Below are positions 13,651 through 25,069 of a stretch of DNA of 64,000 nt, one piece after another (position 1 is the stretch's first letter; every line of letters starts with the position of its first letter). The DNA lies in the NCBI GenBank assembly GCA_965203295.1, contig CBDBCZ010000012.1, positions 320,001-384,000 on the forward strand. Direction: 5' to 3'. The notes under the pieces are model-generated. The model was not told where the DNA came from. It made no database searches and saw nothing but the letters and a program-made list of their open reading frames with translations. The stretch is from Nitrospirales bacterium. GTDB lineage: Bacteria; Nitrospirota; Nitrospiria; Nitrospirales; UBA8639. Both the position numbers and the translations under genes were made by a program.

Positions 13651-15059
13651 AATTTGGCTATGATGTACATATGTATAACTATATAGCACTCTAATACTAC
13701 AACTCTGCTAGTGTTAATTTTCTGTTAGTCTATCTATTATGTGTCAGCTAGCCAAGGAATCAGGGAAAGAACAGCAGTCTTATAACTCTACTGCATACCT
13801 GATGTAGTGGTGAGAAGCTATTTTTAGTCCTTAATGGTAGACCTAGTCAGATCTTTATACAGATTTTCATACTGATTTTTTTGGTTGGGGTGGGAAAACA
13901 TTTAGCTGAATATTCCCTTTGAATCTTAGGTGCTCTAAGGTTGCTTTTGGTGGCTTCTTGCAGAGCTCAAAATAACAGCTGGCCACTGGCCATTTTCTGT
14001 GAAATTTTCTGCAATGGCCACCCAAAATTTGATCTTATTTGTATAAAATTGTACAGATGGCCAATCAAAATTTCATTTTGGCCAGCCAAACCCAAAGCCT
14101 TATTTTTAACTCTGTTCTTGAGTCTGCTGACACTGTCTTGGGGCTGAGTGACAGACATGCAGTGTTGAATAGAATAGGTACTGAATGACATTGGGGGATA
14201 TTTACTCGGAGTGGAGCAGCTGAAGGTCGTGGAGTGTAGAGTACTATGTTAGTTTGCAGACAGTGAATGAGTGCACACTGAGCAGCTGAGGCAAGGCTGT
14301 GCAGCTATGTTGGGGTAGGGCATAGACAGTACGTTAGTAGACGATGTGATACTAACAGAATAGCAGAAACTAAATTTTGAGGCATTTGGTAGCCCCATAT
14401 GAACTCTGGTGGTCTGGTGGTATAGCTTGCTGTCGTTTGACAATTCTAGTGCAGGAACAGTGTAACTTACTTTGGATCTATACTCATATATGGGCACTCT
14501 GCTGTGAGTTTTAGATTTAGCATTTTATCTAAACTGGAACCTCTGTCAGGTATTGCCTTGCTTGTGACATGCCAAGAGCAATACAGACATTTTGTAGGTG
14601 GCTTGTGCTTTGAATGTCTTCTGTACATGTACATATGCATGTAGCTGTGATTTACATGTAGTTGTGATGTGCTTTGCTTGTGCACTGTTGCATTTGGAGA
14701 GTGATATGAGCTATGCTGTGGCTTGTACTTCACTGGAGTGGCACTCGATGACTTGAACCCTAATTTGTAGCTCTCTAGTCCAAGGCCTAGGTGCTGGAAG
14801 GGTCATGAATGTCTTCAACGACCATGTTTTCACCAAAGTGGAAAATCCTACTTTCTCATATAGATCACAGTGGTATAAGTTTCACCCCTTCTGCATGCTC
14901 CAAAGCAAGAGTAGATATGTATGTACATATGCTGTTCCATATATTTTCTACAGGGTTTGGAGTTGATTTCTCAAAAGAGGTATAAGTAAATCTGCCAACA
15001 TAAATATTTTAATTAGATAGGTAAACCACAGGAATTTACAACCTTGTTGTTAAAATTGG

Positions 15060-15630
15060 TAATTGGCTGATAAGAGAAGTTAGTCCTCCTTTTTGTAGGT
15101 GAACACAGTAAACCAGATGCACCATGTTTGACCCACCTTTGAAGAGCAGACTCCAAGTGGATCAAAATTACAGACAAAACATCACATTTTAAGTGTAGTA
15201 GCACCTGTATTGAACAATCGGTGGTGAAAATTTCAGGTTACATAGTTATAACATCGCATAATGAATATGTATCGTATTTCTGTTTTGTCAGTGAGTTTCA
15301 AGGGTAATTTTTAACATCTTCTAAACTCATTTTTGAATTTAGAGTGATGGAATATCGTTATGGCAAAAGTTCAGCAATAATTTTATAGGTGACTTCAATA
15401 TTTCACAACCAACTGTTCAACGTACATGTAGGTGTTATTATTTTCAAAAAATCTCTCAAGTTGCAGACAAAACATTTCTAAACATTTCCTGAAAATCTTT
15501 TTGCCTGTAACATTGATCTACTTGGAGTCTGCTCTTCCAAGCTGAGTCAGACAGTGTACATGCATCAGTTTTACTGTGTTCTGAATCACCTACAAAAAGG
15601 AGGTCTAATTCTCCTCTTTTCAGCCAAATT
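15060..15630. repeat. Diverged foldback element
   Basis: 15060-15240 is inverted to 15390-15630 (e.g. GAAGAGCAGACTCCAAGT / ACTTGGAGTCTGCTCTTC). Confidence 0.8.
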
Positions 15631-16266
15631 GTATGTATTTTTCATAACAATACAATTATGTATAGGATATACCACGTCTACGAGGAGTATAAACGCAGAT
15701 ATACTCCGCTAGTCGGTTTACCCGAGGCGATAGCCGAGGGTAAACAGCCTAGCGGAGTATATCGCGTTTATACTCCGAGTAGGCGTGGTATATCCGGCTT
15801 ATACAACATTTGACCAATCAGTGGAGTTGGTACCCAGAAACGCTGGGCTAGCATTCCCAGAGGCAGCAGTTATTTACGATGTCATAATACATGAAAACAT
15901 AAAAGTAGTATAATAAAACATGAAAACATAAACGTAGTATATGACCCTACATGAAAACATAAACGTAGTATATGACCCTTTATACTCCGCTTCTGCTCCA
16001 ATCAAACACCTTGGATGTGATGTAATGTGGTATAAGTGGTTTTGCCTGAGACTTTCATGCTGTGGGAACATGTATACCACCTTGAGAGCTTCACTCCATA
16101 CCCTGCATGAGATAGTGCAAAATGTGTAAGCAAACATTATTTGAAATCTACTCTCTTAAGAAAGGAAAATTCTCTGAGTACCAACTTTCGAAATTCCACC
16201 AATATTTCAACTACTCACGTTAACTTCACTTTACAGTATTCAGAGAACTTTCCTTTTGTATGCAAG

Positions 16267-17673
16267 GTTCTTATGAGTGCTGTTTTACTGGAGGGAGAAA
16301 AATACAAACCATTCAATATAGGTCAGGGAGTGGCACAGGGTTGTAGTATTTTGCCATGTTCTCTAGATGAGGTTGAGAAGGCTGGGATTGGCATTACTAT
16401 TAAGAAGGAGAAGGATGTTAAGGTTGGGGGTCTAATGTTTGCTAATGATTTTGTAGGTTTAACTACTAAATGCTGAGGACTTACAAATGTTAATTAGATG
16501 TAGTACAGGGCTTTTGTAATAAACGCAGACATTCCAAGGGTTTAAGTTACTGTTACTTGGGCATTGAATTTACTAATAATGGTTGAAGGGATGGTCATGT
16601 ACAGAAGGTAATAAATAGCGGAATTAAAAAACTATAGGTTTCCAAGTGATAGGATTTTCAGTACAGTTGCAAGAAGGATAATTATCATGTTAGTTTCGGT
16701 ACTTCACCCTACTTTAGAGTAATGGTAGTGAAGTGTAGGCTTGCAATAAACGACAGACAGCTTCCTTGGAATCTAATCGGCTCAAAAGAAACTTGGCTGC
16801 TCTTCTAAAACCTGCAATGAAGCAGTAAAAGGGGATATTGAGTTAGAGTCTTTAAAAGGCAGGAGGGAAAGGTGCAAACCTAAGTGGTGGTATAAAGTCA
16901 AAAATAATATTTGGATGATGAGAGATTACTACTAGACTCTGAGTGGGAAGTGAATCTGTGTAGAGGTAGGCAGAAGAAGACTTGGAGGAAGCTAATGAGT
17001 GAATTGTTGCTACAGTAAATCAAGACAGACAGGAAATAATAACAATGTAAATTTGTTTCTAGAGAGAGTAGATAAAGAGTTGAGATATTGAGAGCGAATA
17101 TAAAAGATGGCTGAAATAGTAAAGTTAAACTGAGTCTGTACAAGTTTTTTTGTAAGGAAATAAAATTCAAGAATTACTCTCAGTGGATCCAGGAACACGG
17201 TTGCTGTTTAAGTTTAGGTCTGGTATTATAATATAATGGTCTGAATGAAGTGTTAGGAAGACATGGGGGTAAAAATGACAGGCAGTGTAAGTTGTGTGGA
17301 TGAATTTAAGAGTGTAGTACATGTGCTCAGGGAGTGTCCTGTGCATGCCGCAATAAGAGATACTTTCATGGGAGAATTAGACAGTTGTGGGGCAGTTTTG
17401 AAAAGTATAGTGCACTCAATAATTAAGAGAATTAACAGGCTTTATCTTAGGGTGGAAAATTGGGACAGGTATGATTTTAAGGCTTTATTAAAACTAGTTA
17501 AGAGTTTTGCATTATTAATCTGGGATACTTGGAAGAATAAGTTATATGGTGATCAGGACGGTGAAACGTCTGGTTGCTCTTGCTATTGTCCTCTGACTGG
17601 AGATCATGCAAGTTCCGCCTGCGTATGTGGGTGCATGTGGTCAATGCCGCAAGTACTACGGCAACAACATGAG
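16267..17673 (+). mobile_element. Degenerate non-LTR retrotransposon (LINE), 3' part
   Basis: RT motifs GQGVAQGCS and GLMFANDFVG, a C-terminal CxxC...HxxxxC zinc knuckle, many stops; the 3' end is shared with other copies in the window. Confidence 0.9.
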
Positions 17674-18464
17674 TATTTTCTTCTGCTCTGGGGCACTAGC
17701 TGTACCATTTTTACTTGCGCTGAATTTTATCATTACACTTGGCAGTGTATCTTTCAGCTTGGCCATAATGTCACTCTTAAGCAGAGTTTCATACAAGATT
17801 TTTTGCTGTGGAATGGAGACTTAATGCTTAGGGATAGTCAATGTATGCAATAATCACTCATTAGAAGCTAGCCATCACTTACGTGTACACCTTGTGAAAC
17901 AGACTATGTGCAAACCACACCTTCTAGGGGGTCTGGGGGCATGCCCCCCAAACTTTTATATTCTGGTGGCTTTGGCAGCTAGCTAACTATGCAACACTTG
18001 AATTCAAAATCAGAGTATCATTAGCATCATAATTTTAAATTCTGCAGGGAAGGGGTGGAAGGAGATCCCAATGCGCCCCCCTCCCTTTGTATGAAACACT
18101 GTTAAGAATACCCATGTGCTATTCATGTCATATTTGCTCTTTCTAGGATACGTAGCATTGTTGCATGGATACACATGTGGTAAGAGATACATTTGGATCT
18201 GGTGTGTACTACTAAGATCACATATGTGATAGGACAAAGTGGAGATGCTGCTACATAATACACTGCACCTCTGAGCTATATTGGCTGTATGCAAATTGGG
18301 ACTGAATGGGCTTGTATGTAGAGCCACCTGATCTTTTTGCAGCACAGCAGCTAAGTGGTGTCGCATCGTTACTTGGCAGAAGGAATACATTTTTATGTAG
18401 TGAGGACACCCCCCCTTATGTTTTACATTATGACTAATCTTGCATGACTAATGATTGCACTGAA

Positions 18465-19384
18465 TAGACCATTTCTGTCTAATGTCACTTCTGCTCGGTT
18501 AATAATTGATTATTGATTTTCACCAAATAATCATTAGCACACAAAACAGTAGAGAAACTGGGTGAATGGGATTATGGGGTACATTATACCCGTCACACCC
18601 ATTACCACATACAGCCAGCAGTCCTTGGTGAACTATATGGATACTCATGTAAATTATTGTCAGTGCATGTCATCATCTCACAAATGGCTAACAGCACAAA
18701 CCACCCTTCATGTACAGCTGTATGACTGCCTTGCTCACATCACTCATGTTCAGTACTGTCAGTGGATAGTTTCTATCTTGTCACATGAATATCCACATTC
18801 TTTTCCGTAGGACAAGATGGGAGTGATCCATCCTATTTATGCACTGAGAAAGGCCAGGAGAGATACAGCATGCACTGGTCCATGATCAGAATGTGTGCAT
18901 GCTGGGACCCAGCTGTGCGGAGAGATGTACGTATGTACATAAGTAGCATTGGTTGTTTTCTTCACTGATGTCATCCTCAACATCTGTACATTAATTTCCC
19001 ATTCACCTAGTTTCTCTACTGTTTTGTGTGCTAAGTATAGGTTACATCACAGCAACGAGGGCTCTAACTGACGTGGACGCCCGTGGGAAAATTAGAGCCC
19101 GAGAACGCAGCCCGAGGTCAATTAACACACTCCGAGGGTGAGAGATTTTCCCAAGGGTGGTCTATGTTAGTTAGAACCTGAGTGCATACTGTGATCTAAG
19201 CCATGCACTGCTGTTACTGTAAATTGATTTTCAAGTGGGTGCTAAAAGTGATATTATGTACAGAGGGATCTAACTGACATGAAAACCTGGTAGCTAACCA
19301 AGAACTTCAAAGCTTCCAAGCTCATTATTCATGAGTGGTCTCAATAATGAGTGAACAGAAGTGACATTAGGCTGAAAAGGTCAA
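18465..19384. mobile_element. TAGACC-type TIR element containing nested elements 18535-19033 and ~19040-19202
   Basis: TAGACCATTTCTGTCTAATGTCACTTCTG is inverted to CAGAAGTGACATTAGGCTGAAAAGGTCAA. Confidence 0.7.
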
Positions 19385-19523
19385 TTGCATGTACTGTGTT
19401 GTCTCTGACTCACTCGGCTCCTTCTCAACTCCACACTTCGATTAGTTAAAGAGGACATCACGACTGTAGAAAACCCTTTGTCGCTTCGGATCGTATAGAC
19501 GATATCCCTTTGTCTCTGTACTG

Positions 19524-20276
19524 TAGTAGGGGTGCCAAACATTGCTCCCCCTAATACGTTGTCTATGACAATTGGACACAGTTCACAGCATGGTTTATAA
19601 TTATCCCCAGTATTTAACAAGCAGTGTAATCAAACTTGCCAGTGCATTATAGTTGAAAATCAGGATAATCCAACAATTAGTGAACGGAATGTACATTATA
19701 CCCGTCACACCCATCACCACATACAGCCAGCAGTCCTTGGTGCACTATATGGATACTCATGTAAATTATTGTGAGTGCATGTCATCATCTCACAAATGGC
19801 TAACAGCACAAACCACCCTTCATGTACAGCTGTATGACTGCCTTGCTCACAGCACTCATGTTCAGTACTGTCAGTGGATAGTTTCTGTCTTGTCACATGA
19901 ATATCCACATTCTTTTCTGTAGGACAAGATGGGAGTGATCCATCCTATTTATGCACTGAGAAAGGCCAGGAGAGATACAGCATGCACTGGTCCATGATCA
20001 GAATGTGTGCATGCTGGGACCAAGCTGTGCGGAGTGATGTACGTATGTACATAAGTAGCATTGGTTGTTTTCTTCACTGATGTCACTTTCCGTTCACTAA
20101 TTGTTGGCTTATCCTGATTTTCAACTAGAATGGACTGGATGATGTACTTTGATGTCGTCTCAAGTTTGATTACAACCGCTTGTTAAATACTGGGGATAAT
20201 TATAAACCATGCAGTGAGCTGTGTCCAATTGCCATAGACAATGAATTAGGGGAAGCAATGTTTGGCACCCCTACTA
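19524..20276. mobile_element. Foldback element with ~170-190-bp arms and host-derived filler
   Basis: TAGTAGGGGTGCCAAACATTGC...GCAATGTTTGGCACCCCTACTA. Confidence 0.85.
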
Positions 20277-22921
20277 CAGTGTCTGCAGAAAGTGGACGGA
20301 ATTCACTAGTGCATAACTCTGGAACATAACACTTACAGTGCAATCAAACTTGAAATAACATCTAAGTATACTAGTTTTCTAATACCAAGTTAAATATTGT
20401 ATGGTCATTTGTCTGCCGTGTTTGAATCACATCATTATTAAATAATTTCCCTTCATTTAGTGCTGACTGGTACGTAGATGTTACACTTTTTAGTCGTCAT
20501 GGATCACCATACAGTTATTCATATCACTCTCCTCCCCTTTTTTCACTACATGTTTAACCCAGACTAGAAAAAGGAAAACCTGAGAACCAGGCAACTAAGT
20601 ACCGCTACACATATACTGATTATAGTCTTGTAACTGTGAGTAAATATAGAATATTTGATTAGCTAGGAATATTTCTCAATAAGTTAATTTATGAATGCCA
20701 GAATTGGTGGGCCGAACTGATGTACCCAAATACCATTCATCAGCATTGTGCTGCAAATTTACCCTTGCTTGGCCTGTGATCTGTGTATGCTGTAGTGATG
20801 ATATGCTGTCAATGGCATACACACTGAATGCCTTAGGCCGTATTTTGTCTTAATTAATTGCTAGACAAAATGACTGAATTGCACTTCCAAGGGGAAAGAT
20901 TGTCAGTGAAGAGAGCGAGTGCGCCAAGAAATCAGCAAATAGAGAAGCAAGTGAAGTCTTAGACTGAGTGTGTAAGGATTACCACATGTGCTAGGCTACT
21001 TTGTTTATTCATGCAGTGAAATTTGCATAGCTAATGACAACATAGTATCCAGACACACATATTATAAGATTATTGCACAGTACAGTCACTGATACAATAG
21101 TCAACTTAAAAATGATATAGCTGTTTGGAAACTCTAAAGTGAAAACCGGTGGGTATCCTCCAACTGAGGTGCAAGGTTTCCTAATCAGTGCTGCATGTGT
21201 CTGATTTTCATGAGACTAGTTACTGGATTTGTATACAGGTGATGGCTGTCGGTTTGTATACAACAGAAGCAAGATACATGATCCTGTCCTCCAGTTGCTA
21301 TGTTGAGTCCCATGTTATAGTAGACTCACACAAGGGTATGGCATAAGTACTATAGTCTCAAAAATAAATATGCAGATCAAAATTTGCTTTACGGTATGAA
21401 ATGAGATCTCCATACATAGTTACATCAAGGATTAAAACCCTAAAAAGTCAGCAACTTCAGCAATTTCTCTCTTTCTGGCTTCCTGATGAGCCCACCTATC
21501 TTCTGCCAGACGTGGGGAGAGATTCCATTTGTCATGAACCAAATGTTGGTTACATGATGGACACTTTTTTCCACCTATGCAAAGGAGGGATCCAGATTTA
21601 AAATCAAGTTATAAAGTTCTACAGCAGCAGGTGGAACTGAATTGCTGCATTACACCCACCTGTGTGCCACAGGAAGGAAATGGGAGGTATGGTTTGTGCT
21701 CATTTCAATAAGGAAAATGCGTACCTAAAGGAGGTTCTTGGCCGGATATAGTAAATTACCGGTAACAGATGTGTTGATAGAGATAAAGATTACCAATTAA
21801 CACCGTCCTTTCTAAATCTCGCAGCCCAGTAAATTACATACGTACACGTATGCAGCTGTATGGGGCTGATATTCCTGTCATTTGCTTTTATCGGTCCTAT
21901 TTAAGCCTCTGAGCTTCTGCTGAGCGCTTCATAAATGAATGGATGTGTTACTACTATTGATTTTTCATGCTTATGAATTGTTTCACAACCCTGGAACTGA
22001 TTATCAAGTATGTTATAATGGGAAATATGGCAGCACTAAGAGTCAGTAATGGCACAATCAAATCGAATTATGACAATATTTGTTGGGTTGTCATCACAAC
22101 ATTATTGCACAGTAAATGGCAGTAACGCAAACGAAAATACCACTGGCACTGAAAAAGGTTGTGAAGTGAAGCAGATGGCTCCATGAATTTTGTCGAAAGT
22201 ATTTGTACATATAGTTAGGCACGTAGGCTGTATATCATGGAGTATGGTAGTACTCCATATGTAGTGATGGCACAGGGAAATAATGGCCACTTCATATAAC
22301 ACACATAAAATCATATCTTCAGAACACTATATACTCAAGATGTACTCATTAGCGACCTGTATGAGCTATACTCAACTGTTAACTTTTTTTTTCTTCAGCC
22401 AGTTTAGCACAATAATTACTTCAATGATGCAAACACGCTTTTTTCTCAGGCTGTGTATGTATGTATTGTCACCTAAGGATGCACATAAGTGCATATCGCA
22501 CGTAGCGATCGTGCATCATCCTTCGAACCAAACTGTCACTTTGGAAAACTAAACACTATGATTGGTTGATACAGGAAGTGTGGCACAGCCATGTTGGTAA
22601 TACAACTGGCTGCTTTATTCACTGTATTCAGCTTACACCATGTGTGTGATATCGTTTATTTTGCATGCACCTAGATCAGAATGTTTCTAGCTTTTTGGTT
22701 GGTGCACTGAACATTGGACTAGTGCCTGAAGCATCTGCTCCTATGGCCCCTGATCCATTGTATAGTTTGTTGCTATAAAGTTGAGTCATGAATACACCCT
22801 ACATAGCCAAGCCCAGGTCATGATTCAGAATCTGTTGTATACCACATTTATCTACAGCTCTGCTCACCCACTGTACTTTGTACTTGGGTAGTGGTAAGAA
22901 CTACTATATGCATTCTCGCCA

Positions 22922-23102
22922 TCCATGACAGATGGACAGACAAACTATAAAAGATTAAAGTATTGACATGCAACTAGATGTCCATGACAGATGGACAGAC
23001 AAACTATAAAAGATTAAAGTATTGACATGCAACTAGATGTCCATGACAGATGGACAGACAAACTATAAAAGATTAAAGTATTGACATGCAACTAGATGTC
23101 CA
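22922..23102 (+). repeat. Tandem repeat, 3 identical 59-bp units
   Basis: TCCATGACAGATGGACAGACAAACTATAAAAGATTAAAGTATTGACATGCAACTAGATG x3. Confidence 0.97.
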
Positions 23103-23312
23103 AAAAACCTGGCATCTTTAGGCAAGATTTCTTTGGTGTTGAATTTGCTTGTAGTAACGTAATAATTGCACGAATGAACCTTAGGCTATCAGATACTGAG
23201 GTATGAAGCCTGGCTCTACATCCATTAGGGAATGATAAGCTAAATTTCTCATCACACACTTTATAGAACTAAGGCAGCTGTTGTGTACTGATAATACGTC
23301 ACAATAATAAAC

Positions 23313-23820
23313 TCGTACTGCTGTTGTAGCGCTTACGCCATTGACCACACACCCACATATGTAGGCTCAGCTTATAGGATCTGAAGACAGAGGACAGCAA
23401 CTATATAAATGTTGCACCATCCTGATCACCATATAATTATTCTTCCCAGATTATTTATAAAACTGTTACTAAAGTATAACTATCACAATTCTAACACCCT
23501 GAAATAAAGCCTGTTCTGTTAAAATTATTGAGTGCACTAAACTTCAATCTCACCCCCTCCCCCCAATGGTATACTATCATACAAAGGACATTCCTAAAGC
23601 ACGTGTACTACATTCCCACATTCATTCCACATGACTCACACTGCCTATCATCATTTATACCCCTCTGTCTTTCTAACTCTTCATTGAGATCATTACTTAT
23701 TTTTTAGCTGCTCCTAGTTGAATAGATTTTAAGGAGAGAAGTTGTCTGCCATTTCTTACAAGCCCACACTTCACTACTGTATTATAAAGTACGACGAAGT
23801 GTAAAAACTAAGTAATATTT
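23313..23820 (-). mobile_element. LINE 3' fragment
   Basis: Same terminal motif plus zinc-knuckle region. Confidence 0.8.
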
Positions 23821-23989
23821 AGATACCAGTTTGCAGCGATTACGGGATTTATTTAGTGCACGAGGACAATTAAGTAACGGTCAAGGGCGAATAATGCACT
23901 TGGATTGTGCCCACTAGGGCTTGAGCTGCTACATGAAGTTTAGCTGGAATACACTTACTTACGTGGCTGATTATATTTGGTTGTCACAA

Positions 23990-24800
23990 GTACTAGTCCA
24001 AACGGCTTCTGGCCAGAGGTGCTGTTGAAAAAAATAACCATACGCATATTCTTGTGTAGCCTGATTTCAACTGGTGTCAGCATAAAAGAAAGATTCACCC
24101 AGTCACTCATCTGTAAGTATGTAGGTTCTAATGGGATTAGAAGTAGGGTAAATGTAAATGAGGGGGTGTCCAGATGGTGGGGTTACCTCATTCTCTGGGC
24201 CTTTTCTGTCTGCCTTTATTATGTATCACAAACTACTGTTGTCTGCTTGCTATGCATACAAGCACAGGCAGAAAACCGTAGGAATGAGATTTATCACACG
24301 TCTGGACAAACCCTACTGTCCGGACACCCTCTCACTTACTCTACTGGAGGTTCATCCAAACAAAACCCAGACACTCGCTGTACTGCACTGTACATATGCT
24401 CCACTTTAAAACAACTCAATCATTAGCCCACACAACCGTAATACACAATGGGCATTCCCTCCAAAAAATAGCAGGAATACGTTTTGAAAGAGCATGTAGG
24501 GATAAATCCTTAAAACAGTAACCAAACAAGGTAGAAATGACACCACAGAACTTTCACAAATTAGCTACCATCCCTACATCAATATCTTGCCAACCACACA
24601 CACTCCATGCCACAACAATATCATATACAGGCACCTGACCCCACACTGGAATCCTTAGCAGTAACTTGCACTGTATATAGACTCAACACTCCTTTCAGCA
24701 CACCAAGATTGCCATGTTCATCAGCATTGGTAATTGTAGCTAGTCACATCGTAATCCCACCAGCCATATTCACAAATACAGGATATAAGCCGTAGTCTGA
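23990..24800 (+). repeat. Unclassified dispersed repeat; other copies 46262-46365 (+), ~46590-47560 (-), ~62890-63350 (+)
   Basis: Shared AGTAACCAAACAAGGTAGGAATGACAC.ACAGAACTTTCAC core. Confidence 0.85.
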
Positions 24801-25069
24801 ATAATGGATATAAGAATGTTATTTTGTGGCTTGGTATCATTGCACAAAGTAAAAATAATTCTCTCTTATAATTTTCAGAATTGATCAATGGCTACAATTA
24901 TCAGTGTTCACACTCAACTGGCTTTTAAACTGTACATATCACATATGAGTTATAATATACCATGCAATACTTCAAGAGCACATATGCAAACGTTTGTACT
25001 TGACCACAAATACATGTCATGTATTATGGACACCCTGAACTTAGCAGCACATTAGCCTTTGATGCATAC

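Larger units (their letters stand above)
18140..22895 (+). pseudogene. Probable TRAPPC11 (gryzun/foie gras) remnant, frameshifted and TE-interrupted
   Basis: Collinear exon-like blocks resemble the recalled TRAPPC11 C-terminal half: ...LMFYIMTNL / PIT.YSQ; YLCTEKGQER; VMAVGLYTTEARYMIL...DSHK|D; RYEMRSPYIVTSRIKTLKSQQLQQ...DEPTYLLPDV; FVAIKLSHEYTLHSQAQVMIQN. Contains stops and frameshifts. Confidence 0.55.

Noticed and set aside
17263..17853. Longest ORF (196 aa) as a host gene
   Set aside because: It is the frameshifted 3' end of a LINE.
22922..23102. CRISPR array
   Set aside because: The units are contiguous with no spacers, there are no cas genes, and the context is eukaryotic.
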